Below are positions 13,186 through 25,962 of a DNA stretch of 64,000 bases, in pieces. A program made the translations under genes and the position numbers. This stretch comes from Oculina patagonica (taxonomy: Eukaryota). A model generated the notes under the pieces. The model did not search any database. It was given only the letters and a program-made list of their open reading frames with translations, and was not told the DNA's origin. The stretch is taken from assembly GCF_052425735.1 (NCBI RefSeq), contig NC_135770.1:1054001-1118000 (forward strand). Reading direction: 5' to 3'. Numbering within the stretch: position 1 is the stretch's first letter; every line of letters starts with the position of its first letter.

Positions 13186-13289
13186 AAAGTTACCCGACTT
13201 TGAAAAAGTTCATTAAAATAAAAAGTTACAGTGAACAAACCAATGTTGAAAATTATGTTTGAATTGAACGCGAGTTCAGTGCACAGAAA

Positions 13290-15369
13290 TCACTGAGGAT
13301 TATGGTGATGCGCATTTTGTACTTTAATAAATTCAGGATAGTCGATATATCCATCAGAATTTAAGTCTGCGGTGTCCAAAAAATAATCCACTGTTTCTGC
13401 ATTCTCCTCCTCTGTAAATCGATGTTCTGTTCCATTCTGATGGTGTTCTATGCCATGATACATTTCAAGGCCATCCAGTTTTTTGTTCCCGTCATAATCG
13501 TGCAGCGTAAAGTAATAGAAATGCATGTCTTCGTCGCTCAATGCATCTACGTTGATGTCCGCTTCATCTTTAAGATGCTCTTTGATGTGGCTAAAAACAA
13601 TAGAAAAACCGAGGAAATTAATATTTTCAATTCTTTTTCTTTTCTTTTTTTTTTTTTTACAAAGGCCACCATGAGGCAGAATTAACTGACCGTGTTGTGG
13701 TCTTGTAGATAGGTGGACATTGTATGGCCGAGGTTAAAGGGCCTGGAGGAGTAAAAGGGAAAGTGTGATGTACTGTCCTTTTACTGATAAATGGAGGTTT
13801 TAATCACAGGGACTGGTATATAAATATAAATTGGAATTAGGACAGGGATTTGGGCAAAATGTGGCCAGGGAAATGGGATTTATACCACTCCCCTCTCTTT
13901 AGGATCCCCAGAGTACCTCCGCCACAAGGCCAGGACCAAAACCCTGACCTCTGTTAAAAGGTGGCCATTAAAGAGAGCCAGAGGGGACCGTGAGTGGGAG
14001 GTTCGACTGGCTGCATTCTCAGGTGCTTATTGGTCAAGAGCTAGTTTTCACTGTCACGCAATCAAAAAATAAATTCGAAACTATTCAACTGCACAAGCTT
14101 TGAATTTCAAATATCACAGAAGATAAACTAAGTCTTAGGTCTGTGTGGTGTATCGCTCGCGAGTTATGTGACAAAACTCTCCACGCAAATTTATAAAGCT
14201 CAGTATGGAGACGCCATATTTGTGTCCTTCCTGGGGGCACAAATATAAATAATTAGCTTCCTTATTTATTCTTCTATGTTGCTTTCCCCCTTCTTGAGTA
14301 CCAGTATTTTCATTTTTACTGCTTCACCTCCCGCTTCGATTAACTTCACCTGTTAGAAAAGTACTTTCTTTAGCAGCCTAAATACTTGTAAAACATTTGT
14401 TGGGATAGGGGATTTGTTACGTGCGAAAGACTCGTGACCACGTGACCACTCATGAACACGTCAGCTTTTAACGCAGCCAAACCAAAATCATTTTATTTTT
14501 GCCAAAACATGAAAGCAAAAGTAAATTATTTTTCCAGCGCAGTATTTGTTTTGTCGTAGAGAATGCGCTGTTAATTCAACATGGCTAGATTTTTATTGGT
14601 AATATGCCTATAGAGAATTTCCCAGAGACCTCGTGTGTTGCGCGCGCAGTAAACGCCGACTGACCACGCCTGACTAGCTCTTTACACTGGCTTCGCGCTT
14701 CTCGTTTAACGACTTCAGGTATATATAAACCACTCCGAAAAGATATTGAAAAACTTAATATTTAGGTAATAACAAGAAAAACTGATTCAAAAGAGTTTGT
14801 ATGATGTGACGGTATTAAACAAAAGCGAACAATACAGTGCTAGCGAGCAATGTTAATAAAATGCGGCATATTGTGTCACCCGTTTTGCCGGGAAACGTTC
14901 TTTTGTTATATAGTTACTTAAACAAAAGATTTAATTGAGGTTTTTCAGAGTCGTTCTCGTCCCTAAGTTTTTACCTTTAATTTCGGCGGGAAGCGGACAA
15001 CGACAGCAAAATATGTAATAAAATTACAGAACGGATCTTTGTTCCGCAGTTTTAAATATACCACAAAAAATGTAAACATCTCCGCTTTGTACCCTGTGTG
15101 AAAAATCACTGTCTAAATACTGCCGGTTTTATAAGCATTTTTGCACAATAAAGATTTATTGTGCTGAAAATGTCAGCTATACATTTAAAAAAAAAATTGG
15201 ACGAATTCTGAGATTGAGTTAACGGCGGAGGAATAAATACTACTCACTCTCGGTCGTGCGTTACTTCTGACTCGTGCAGGGCTGACTTGTGTTCTCCATG
15301 GGCACGTACAAAGCAGAGAAGAGCGAGTGAGAACATACACACCGCAATGAACCTGTGTAGTAAAACCAT
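13290..15369 (-). CDS. MCFD2-like EF-hand protein, paralog B (2 exons)
   Basis: Exon 1, 15369-15248: MVLLHRFIAVCMFSLALLCFVRAHGEHKSALHESEVTHDR. Exon 2, 13590-13290: HIKEHLK...HDYDGNKKLDGLE...DLNSDGYIDYPEF...HHHNPQ*. Confidence 0.9.
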
Positions 15370-16242
15370 CTTTCTTTACTTCTTTGCGCTGCTTCGAACC
15401 TCTTCTATTAAATAAAACCCAACTTTTTTTTTTTTGTCAAGATGTCAATAACTTTGTGAATACGTTGGGTCACTCAATTGGTAGGTTCTACAATAAAGAC
15501 AATGGTTCATTCCTTTGCTTCAATTGTGTCGCCAAGTGAAAGGTATCTCTTCATCTTAATCAATAAATTTGCATACAGAGATTAGCTAGACCGCTGAGCT
15601 TGATTTCCTTCTTAAAATTAAATTTGACAAACACATACACACCGATATGTTTTCGTTTGATCGCATATGTTTCTCTCATCTTAACATAAAAGTGGAAATT
15701 ACTGCATTCTGATTGGTTGAGAAAATCGCTGAAACGCTCCTCCAAAGTCCCCCGATATGGCAACTTTTTTCATCGAATTTATTACATGGTTCGCGTCAAA
15801 TTTCGCCAAGTCCGGTCCTATTCAGCGTTAATTACAAGCCATGGCCTTGAAGCAGTCCGAGGTGTCCCTTTTTTAATCAAGCAAAATTGAACTTGCGGAA
15901 CGCCGTAAACGTGTCCCTCCGTGCTCCGGACAGGCAATGCAAGCTCTTGGGGCATTATCAGGGTAAGAATGACGTCATATCTATTGTCATACTCAGCCCA
16001 TAAAATTTCCAGAACGAGAAAGTTGGAACTGCTTTACATAAACAACGCAAACACATGTACAAACCAAGCAGAAGTCCATTTAGAAGGGTAACTGTTTTAA
16101 TTACAGCGCTGCGCTGCTAATACTGGCAATGTTATTTTTTTCTCGTTATGCAAACGCAAAAAAACAAACAGTCATTTTCTATACACTCAGCTTGTATTTC
16201 AAATGAGCAAGTGTGTCTTTTGCACGTACGGACATAATTTTA

Positions 16243-18372
16243 GGCCCCGTCCACACTAATCCGGATAAATTTGACAACGCATTTTTTTCATCCGGTTTTG
16301 GCCAACCGTCCACACTATGGTCCTTAAACGACGTTTACGGTTACTGAAAACGGAGCTTTTCGAAAACACTGACGTCAAATAGTCATGTGATTTCTGTCAA
16401 TAGCTCTGCACGCGGATTAGTGTGGACGATGAAATTTTTAAAAACAATACGACAACGATAGTGTGGACGGAAAACATTTTATCCGTTTTCAAATTTATCC
16501 GCAGGGCCGTAACCAGAGGGTCTGAATGGGGTTAACCGACTAGCGACAAAGGGCGAAAAATATTACCGACTACCGACAAAACGAGGAAAAAATTACCGAT
16601 TAGCGACAAATAAATTCTAACCGACAACCGACATGGTCCGATGTTATACGGACGTTTGTATTCAGAAGGAACAGCATTTTGAATTTATGTCTAGCTTAGG
16701 AAATGTCTAGTTCAGAAGTAACCACACCAATTCGAAATTTAGTCAATTATAAAGTTTCCTGTCACCTTTTCGAGCAGCAGCGGAGGTTCATTTGTAGAAC
16801 AGTGGCTGGAAATCGAGGCCACAAGGCGTCCCGCTGTTGTATTTTCACTGCGCGTTGGTTATTCATGTGGTGACAGGCCATGAGCGGGATTGTTAAAGTG
16901 ATTGTAAGGCGAGGAGGCCCGGGGGGGAGACTCCTATATGACACGGACGGGGATGCTCGTCGGAAATGTTGAAAAGAACCCCTAAAAGAGACCAATCTGG
17001 GTGTGGCTCAAGCTTTTCTTGACCCCCAAAAGATACCAAAAAACTAAGAATAGAAGCTATATTTGTATATTTCTTCGTTTGTAACCCTAAACGAGACCAT
17101 TATGGCTAAAAATATTGGCGTTTTGCCCGGAACACCCTAAGCGAGACCAAAAATCCGAAAATTACACCCCTAAGCGAGACAAGCATCCCCGTCACTTTCA
17201 TATGTGAGTCCCCCCTCCCCGGGCGAGGAGGTTGCCATCGAACACCATCGTAACCGGGTTCTGGTGGAAAAAAATCTCATAAAGGTGTTTCCAAGCTAAT
17301 TTGGCATTGGCGGGTTCTCGTTGAAGTTATTTCGCCTGGCGAAAACGCTTACGGGAAAAATGTGAAAATTTGCAATTGTAACAGATGGGCAGTGGCTGCT
17401 TGAGCTTCCAAATTTAATATCGGATGAAAGCAGCAGTGAGCTCAACGGTGTGTGGAACGTTCTATTAGCCGTATTAGTTTTAGTGTGCAGCGAAGTTAAA
17501 TGTTTCACATGTAGTTCTGTAGTATTAAGCTCAAACATTAACGTGGTTAACCTTTGGTTCCACGTTTTTTACTAATTTTGCTGTTTTGTTGAACGGAATG
17601 TTTGTATACACCGTCCATTTTTCAGGAAAGCAAAAATTGAAAAGAAAAACCCCTTACAAATAGAAGAAGCGAGTAAAAGAGTTTATAAGCATCTTTCTAT
17701 TTTATTGGTAAATGAATAACACTGCCTTTAAATTTATTCTTTTCTGAGAACGGTCCAAATTTCAGTTTCGCTCGATAAGCGTAAGTAATATTTGACGAGC
17801 ATTTGCTGATGCAAACTGATTTTATCGGTACTAGACGAACAAGTTGCTTAAAAAAACAGAGTTAACGAGGTTTAAGTGCAACCAAATAATGAGTTATTAC
17901 AAATTTTCATATCGTCTAGAGTTTAAAGTCTTAAAACTGCGTAAATTAAATAACAAATATTAATAATTAACTTGTACTTTTGATCATTAACTGAGATTTA
18001 CCGACAACCGACAAAGGTCGAAAATTTTAACCGACAACCGACAAAGTAAGGAATTTTTAACCGACTACCGACATGTGGACCCCCCCCCCCCCCCCATTCA
18101 GACCCTCTAACCACACCTGTGCCATACACGAGGCAACGTCTTGCTAGGGGGTTATGGGGGAGGCCCTCAAGAAAACTTTGAAATCTAGGGGCTCTGAAAC
18201 TCTTTCAGAGACATTTTTCTTGAGGCATTTCTTGAGAAAAATCAATCTTGTTCAACTGGGGATTATTTTCCCAACAAAACACATTTCGTTTTTGGTTATT
18301 CTAGACGAGGCAAGTCCCTCGTCTTGCCTCTTGCCAGTTACGATCCTGATCCGAATTAATGTGGGCGGGGCC
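16243..18372. mobile_element. Four-level nested non-autonomous DNA transposon stack
   Basis: L1 16243-18372, GGCCCCGTCCACACTAAT ends, TTA TSD (PIF/Harbinger-like). L2 16502-18348, CAGGGCCGTAAC/GTTACGATCCTG, TSD ATCCG. L3 16516-18107, GAGGGTCTGAATGGGG/CCCCATTCAGACCCTC, TSD TAACCA. L4 16918-17223, CCCGGGGG ends, TSD CGAGGAGG. Confidence 0.85.
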
Positions 18373-18405
18373 TTAAAATCATACGCAGTTTTAAATCATT
18401 GAGAG

Positions 18406-20116
18406 CTATTGAGGATTCTTTTCATCCTGCTTTGTGTTAGCGTTGGCTTCTTGTTCTGCTTCGTCACGTTTCTTCTGTGCGTCAACATATTCAGGATAAT
18501 CGATATACCCATCAGAGTCTAAATCATCCATGCTTAAAATCTCATCCACTATTTTCGCATTAGCCTCTTCAGATGTAGATTCTTTGTCTGTTACTCCCGT
18601 TTCGTTCTGATAATGACTTATGGCATGCATAAGTTCAAGGCCGTCCAGTTTTCTGTTGTTGTCGTAATCGTGAAGCCTAAAATAGTGGAACTGCAGATCT
18701 TCGTCGCTCATGTCTTCGTCCTCCTTCAGGTTTATTTCTTCTTTGAGATGCTCTTTGATGTGGCTAAAAGAAATCAATGAAAAATGTAAGAAAATCATTC
18801 ATTACTTATAGTATTGCCGTTACTGTAAAAACGGGCAGAATTCTCTCATGTTGATTGGTCGAGAGATGTGGTCGATGAGAGTATTAAAATAAGCTGAGTA
18901 TCAGGCCTTGCTAAGCCTGATACTCAGGTTAGTATTAAAAATGTAACCTGCAAAGAAACGCAGGAAATTTTCGAATAACTTTTATCTTGTGTGAAATGTC
19001 GTCGGTTCATGTCAAAACCGGAAATTTGCCAAATGTTGATTTTGAGACTTAGGGTGAAATTTCCACTGATGATAAACTCTACCATATAGAATCAGAAGAA
19101 TTTTCTTTAATTTTTATGTTACATGTTACGATCACCTAATAATTTTTTTATCGGTTTACTCTCACCGCGAATTTTGACAGTATAAACGCGCCATAGTGGG
19201 AAGATGACTCCTTTCTCGTATCCCGCGCGCGCACTGCCAAATAAAGCGTAAATTTGTAAGTTGGTTTCCTGTAATTGGTGCAAGCGCGGTTTCTCGCTCT
19301 TTTTGCTCCCGCCACGCGCGACTCGCACTTCTCGCTTCACGGTGCACGCTTCACGTTTCACGCGTCATGCAAGAGTGCCTCCGGCGATATGGTGACAAAA
19401 TTTGTAATAAATTATGGTGTCAAGTTACAGAACAGGTGCACTTCACTAAAGTTCTAAATAATAACAAAAATATAAATCACTCCTTTACGGTATTCTAAGA
19501 GCTGTATCTTGTATTTCATATACACAGAAACCGGCTTTACAAAAATTCAAACAAAATAAAGATTTTCAGTGGACAAATGTTGAAAGTTTGTTTGAATTGA
19601 ACGCGAGTTCCGCGTTCGAGTTAATAGACGGAGGAAAACGTAATTGCAGCTGCAATATAGAAAACAACACATAGCGAAACTGCTTTATTTATAACGCCTG
19701 CGTTTGCGAAAAGTTTGAGCTCGCTAGAGCTCGACTTCATCGACACTGGACGCTATGCAAATATATATTTTTTTACTTTTGCATAAAATACTTCACTATT
19801 AAATCGACCAAAATCTTCGATCGATACAATGAAAGTAACTCGTGCAGACCTATGTTACAGTTTTCGCTAACATGATTTGATTTAGAACATGTCATCAACG
19901 CTCTGATAGGTACGATTTTCAGTGCATTTGTTTCTGAGCTGTTATTAAACAACCTGCATGTGAGGCAGACTGTCTTAAATGTAAATTCACTTACTCTCGA
20001 TCGTGCGTAACCTTGGAATCGTGCAGAGCTGACTTGGGGTCTTCGTGGGCACTTGCAAAGTAGAGAACAGCGATCGAGAACATACACACACTGATCAAGT
20101 TGGGAAGAAAACCCAT
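18406..20116 (-). CDS. MCFD2-like EF-hand protein, paralog C (2 exons)
   Basis: Exon 1, 20116-19995: MGFLPNLISVCMFSIAVLYFASAHEDPKSALHDSKVTHDR. Exon 2, 18763-18406: HIKEHLK...LQFHYFRLHDYDNNRKLDGLE...DLDSDGYIDYPEY...EKNPQ*. Confidence 0.92.
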
Positions 20117-20775
20117 CCTTCTTTCCTTTTTCGCGCTGTTCCAAAGTCTTTTCTCACAAATAAACGCGCGGCGGTCGCTTAAAAGTTTACTTATGGTAAT
20201 ACCCGCTTTATTACATTAATAATTCGCGCTCTATTGAACAAAATTGTAAATCTTTGTCTAATCTCTTCGTGTGCGTGTGGTTTCTCAATTGGTGGATTTT
20301 ACAAAGGACAGTGAATATTTTTTTCGCTTCAGTGGTATCCGCATGGGAATACTGTCTCCGTCATTTCCTTCCTCTAAAAACGATAAATTTGCATACAGAG
20401 AGAGTGCTTTAAGTGTTAGTTCGCCGAGCTTAATATTTTTCTGAAAGTTATGTAAGACTACAAGGTAACCTCTACCAACTTTTTCGTTTTAAAAGCGCAG
20501 ACTTTTTAATGCGCTTCCTCTCGGGTTCTCATGAGTCTAAAATGTTGAAAAAAGGTTGATCGTTTTAATTCGGACAGGTTTATTTTGCAATGATTACACG
20601 TCAAATGGAAGCGGAGACTTTTTAAACCGTACTAGTGTGGACGGGGCCTCAGTTTAAAGTACTGTTTACACCGGTCTCGAAGAGTGATAATTTCAGTTAG
20701 GAGACTATACTTGTCCATTAGGGTAGTAAATTATCAAAGAAACAGCACATTGAAATTCAAAATAGTTGAATTAAT

Positions 20776-23700
20776 TTATTTGAGATATTTTACAGATGCT
20801 TTGAAGTTGATGACATAACTAACACTGGACAGGACAGTTGAACAAGCGACTGTGTACCTGAAACATTAAAAAAGAACAATCAAATACACAGATTATAATT
20901 TAAGGAAATAATCTCTCTCAAGTCCAGGAGGAAGGAACTTGATTGAGAACTGATTTTGTTTTACGGCTACAAATGTTTCCAGATGCATGTAATTTGGGGG
21001 TGGGGCGGGGGAGGGTGTGCTATGTTATAAAATGTGTGTTTTCCATGATGGTTTTGGTAAATGTATTAACAATGTCACTGTATCAGTAATGGCTAACTCA
21101 AGGATAAGTTGACTCAAGATTACTCTACATGTACATGGACTTTATGCAGGGTTCGTACTCTTTTGAGCTTTTGAAATTCCATGACCAGCTTTCCATGACC
21201 TTTCAAAGTTTTCCATGACCTAAATTTGACCATTTTTCTTGGAATTTTTCAAAAATTATCTTGATTTTGGGTACGTTTTTACCCTTTTACTCACAAAAAA
21301 TAACCTGCCTAATCTATTTTGTACAATCAAAACCATTTTCTAAGACTTTCCATACACTGTAACCCATGACTTTCCAGGCCTGGAAAATGAAATTCTAAAA
21401 TTCAAAATGGTCAGAAGTCTTGTAGTCTTAGAGGAATCCTCTGGCAATTTGTTCAAGCTTGAAAACTTCGGTTAAGAATAGAAATCTAGGATCAATTTAG
21501 GTTTCTGGGAAACTGCTCACCTACCCCTCCCCAAACCTAACATTTTGCCCAAAGCGATAAGTAAGGGTTAATGTTAGGTTTGGGGAGGGGTAGGTGAGCA
21601 GTTTCCCAGAAACCTAAATTGATCCGAAATCTATTTTGGAAATCTTCACCCAGGTAAAATTATAGAGTGTGATAGTACACACCCTGCCTAGAACACATCA
21701 GTCAAAACCCTATTCTACCTTGCTGGACCTGAAAAGTTACCTACCAAAGATATTGTAAATGAGGATGATCCACAAAACCAAAGACAGGGGCTGCCAGTGA
21801 ACAGCCGACAAGAGCCAACTGTAAAACAGTGTTGGCCTAAAACAAAAAGGAACAGAGCTTTTTAAATGTTTGAAAAATTAAGCAAATTTAATAAAAAAAT
21901 AATGACATAATGATAGAGACTAAGGTCCTACTACTGTAAAAAAATGAAAAAAAACTAAGTGTTGTTTATAGTGTAAAATTGTTGAAACATTCTTACACAA
22001 AAAAACTACCAGAGTTTTATTTCTACAGTAATTTTTTAAATAACAATAGCATAAATTATTAAGTCTTTCTCTCCCCCCTCCTCAACCTTGCCTATCCAGT
22101 GCTGTTACCAAAATCTTAATGGCATTAAATTAAAGTGATAGATCAAACTCAGCTGCAGTTATCCCTTTAGAAAAAAAAATGTATGTTGGCAGGGATGCAA
22201 CTTTTCAATAAAAAAATTGCACTAGTGCAATGATTGAATTCTCATTTATCACCAGTTAAATGCAAAAATTGCAGACAAAAGCTCTCTTGCTTTAGTATTG
22301 ATATTAAGAGGAGAATTTTGACATTGACCACTGGCCAAAAGAATGGTTTATGTAATATATCAAACATGAGAGACCGTGTTTCGTCTGGATATTCAAACAC
22401 CGAGAAGAGAGTTGAATATACAATGCCCAGCAGAGTATTTTTGACAAAATTTGAGGTGTTTGGATAGCCAATGAAACACTGTCTTGAGTGTTTGATATAT
22501 CCGCGCATTTGAATAAAAAAACTACGGAGTAAAGAGAGAAATAAAATGAAAAAAATCTATGCTAATTAAGACTGGGCAACCAAACCTACTTCACGGTCAT
22601 GATTTCCTTTGTTTTAATTTGATTAATTATTAATGAGTTTGAGAATTCAACTTACCTTGCCAAGTAAGTTGGGTCTTAATTCCACTGTGGGTAATTTGAT
22701 ATCAAAATATCTGGAAACTGTTCTCTACTCAAAAAGAAAAATTAAGAAAATGTGTATTAAAACTGTGTCTTATTCCTTCTAAATTAAGTGTTGATTTAGC
22801 TGAGCTGTGTTTGCTGCGTTATTTAGTAAATGAGTGAAAACATTCTCATTTAGAATGTTTTAGCCACATTTGTTGAGAACATGTGAAAACAACCTAATAG
22901 TATGTAGCAATGTCCCAGATGCCAGAATCTTCTTTAACAAGTTACATTATAACAAACTACATAAAACCACTTCTTTTCTAAAATATACATTTTCACTGTG
23001 CCCAAGCTTACTACTGGTTTCAAAGTTTCACTGCAAAAGCTCAGTTTGATTGGTTTATTTTATTTACTGGTATTTACATTGGTAGTGATTGGTTGGACTT
23101 ACCGGTGATGGAAGAGACTTGTATCTAAAGTAAAATGCACAGCTGACCAGTAGAGCATCTCGGCTGAGGATCAGTGCAGTGAGGGAAACTACAGGAAAAA
23201 AAAGAGCTTATTAACCTGTTGCACTAACTCATNNNNNNNNNNNNNNNNNNNNNNNNNNNNNNNNNNNNNNNNNNNNNNNNNNNNNNNNNNNNNNNNNNNN
23301 NNNNNNNNNNNNNNNNNNNNNNNNNNNNNNNNNNNNNNNNNNNNNNNNNNNNNNNNNNNNNTTCATCCCTTGCCAATTAACAAACACTACTGTTCAGTAA
23401 TGTATGTGGCTTGTACGGGTACAAACAGTACATTTTTACAGCCAGAATAATCAATTCACTATCAATTCATAATCAATTTACCAGGTAAAAGAGATGCCAC
23501 AGTGAGAGAAACAGTCAGCACAGACATCAGAATCTTGTCGGCGAGTGGATCTAAAACAGTGCCCAACACCGACTTCTGGTTTTTGAAATTTCTTGCTATG
23601 AATCCATCGAGCTATAAAATGAACAAAAATGTCCATTAGTAAAGATAATTTTCATACTCTAAGTGGAATCCTGACCTCTCAAATCCTTATTTTTTCAATC

Positions 23701-25883
23701 CTTCCGATAACTTGAGTGACAAAAGTTATATCCCTTTCCTCATATAGTTAAATTCTGCAATTTTATCCCAGATTCCTCAATTTTTTTTATTTCTCAAACC
23801 AATTCAATGTCCCTTGGCCAGGGACATTGTGTTGTGTTCTACTGTATCTAGATTAAAGTCAGGAACACCCAATGAGAGCCAGCAAAATCTGACAAAGAAG
23901 GCACAGATTGAGAGGTGAGGTGGCACAAGAGGTGGTCTGAGTTTCAGTATTGGCCAGGGACATTGTGTTGTGTTCTTGGGCAAGACACTTCCCTCACAGT
24001 GCCTCTCTACACCAAGGATTATTAATTGTTCTGGAAAACTGTCGAGAAATATGCTGGACCTCTAATGGACTAGCATGCAAGATTTCATGTCACCAATAAA
24101 ATTCACTCTTAAACAACAAATAACTCATCAAGTAAAAACAAAGAAAATTATAACTTACCCTGAAGGAGGTTTGGATACCCGATCTTAATTAGCATAGATT
24201 CTTACAACTGATTTTACTTCTCTTTTCATTCGGTTGTTTCAGTTAAGAAGATATAACAAACACAGTGTTTCATCGGCTATCCAAACACCTTGAATTTCAT
24301 CAAAAATACTCTGCTGCGGGTCACATTTTCAAATCTCTTCTTGGTGTTTGGATATCCCCATGAAACACTGTTGCTCGGGTTTGATATATTATGTAATAAA
24401 ACAATATACAATAAATTAGTTTTTGTACCTTACCATGTCAGTGATACCAGCAAAACCAAACAGAGCTAAAGAGCTGACGTAATCCTCTGAAACTATCAGA
24501 TAGCCAATAACTGGTGTTGCCAATATTCTGAGAGTGGATAGCAGGTTTGGTACTGTGAAAATGTCTTCTTTCTTCACAACAAGAAATGATCTAAGTCAGT
24601 TTTATTATTATTATTATTTTTTTTTATTATATTTTATAAACATAAGGTGATAGTTAAAGCTACAGTTTTGGTATGTATTTGAAGAAAAAAAAAGGGTAAA
24701 ATCTGCGTTCAAGCCCAGTCAAGTGGCCCATCAGGCCAGAGCTTATCCTGGTTTCTGTAGCATGAGTGAAGCGACTAGTACTATTACTACTCCCACCTGG
24801 ATGGGATGCTAGTCCATCCCAGGGTTATCCCCCAGCAGTAAAATTATTTGCTGGAACCCTTTATACACCCGGGCAAAGAGAGGCACTATGAGAGTAGTGT
24901 CTTGCCCAAGAACACAACATAGTGACCCTGGCTGTGGCTCAAACCTGGACCGCTTGATCCAGAGTCCAGCACAGTCTAACCATTAGGCCACCATGCCTCC
25001 GACATGATGCCCCCCTCAGAAAAACCCGATTTTTTCTTAGCCCCATCAGAAAAAATACCACTTTTTGCTCATTTTTTGCTTACCCCCTCAGAAAGAATCA
25101 AAGGTGTCAACATATTTCAGACCTCTTAAGAAAAATTCGTCAACAGGGTGGGGGGGGGGGGGGGGAATTTTTTTTGGAATGGCCCCAGAACTGCTTTCTT
25201 CACCATTAACGATTGAGGTAAGCAACCACCTTTCAATAATCTTCTGACTGACTCTGACCCATTGTTCAGGACATACTTCTTTATTTTAGCACTATTGAAT
25301 TGGTTGTATCCAATTTCAAGAATATTTTAAAGCATGTAACTTGTGGTTAAGGTTACAAAATATGAACATGATACTACTAAAGATATGTCACCAGAAAGTC
25401 TGAAACAGGTTCTGAAAATGGCATATGTTGTTCAAGAACCTCGTGGCATCTCCTCACCAAAATGTTCCAACAACAATTCCCCCCCCCCCCCTACCCCTCC
25501 CCACACGGAACACACCTTTTCGAATGTGATACACGGCTTTGTATATAACCTACCATTTCTTTCATTTGTTCGAGCTTCGCCTTTATTTTCCCAGCCCCTG
25601 GCTTTGTCTGTCCTCGTTGAAACTGAAATGCTGTAGATCTATAAGGCCTCAACCCTTTACAAAACACGGAAAAGTCTTCCAGAACACATCTGCTTCGCTG
25701 CCAAAGAATGCCTCCAGAAGTGCGATCTTTCGACGAGTAACGATACCCAATGAAGCTGAAGCTAGAGATAAAGGCAGCAGGCATTACATACTTGAATTTT
25801 GACGGAATAAAGTCAGGGCCAAAACAACTTTTTAGGGTTAAATTTAGGCGGAGTGCCTTGCAAGTTCTGCAGACACCCGCCAT
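20776..25883 (-). CDS. CRLS1: Cardiolipin synthase (CMP-forming), 7 exons
   Basis: Exons 25883-25554, 24571-24434, 23611-23482, 23188-23103, 22724-22656, 21836-21745 and 20857-20776 join in frame. They give [13 protein letters not shown], the CDP-alcohol phosphotransferase motif [10 protein letters not shown]...[11 protein letters not shown], and [16 protein letters not shown]. The N-terminus is basic and presequence-like. Confidence 0.93.
21489..21625. mobile_element. Palindromic MITE with 8-bp TSD
   Basis: ~53-bp arms GGATCAATTTAGGTTTCTGGGAAACTGCTCACCTACCCCTCCCCAAACCTAACA and its exact reverse complement. TSD GAAATCTA on both sides. Confidence 0.9.
23233..23360. other. Assembly gap (CRLS1 intron)
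   Basis: Run of N. Confidence 0.99.
24693..25000 (-). mobile_element. tRNA-derived SINE (family also at 49492-49757 +, and degraded at ~5790-5985, ~23930-24080, ~38140-38660)
   Basis: Reverse complement matches the 49492 copy: tRNA-like head GTGGCCTAATGGTTAG, TGTTGTGTTCTTGGGCAAGACACT core and ATGGACTAGCATCCCATCCAGG body. Confidence 0.8.
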
Positions 25884-25962
25884 CTTTAACCCTTTAGTCA
25901 CCAATCTTCTCCGTGCAAAACCTAAACAATGCGGAGGCCTGGGTCTCAGCACGAAAAGCAAC
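25884..25962. promoter_or_regulatory. Very compact bidirectional promoter region CRLS1/NDUFAF1
   Basis: 79 bp between the predicted divergent ATGs. Both starts sit in AA(G/C)ATGGCG, a YY1-like context. Confidence 0.6.
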
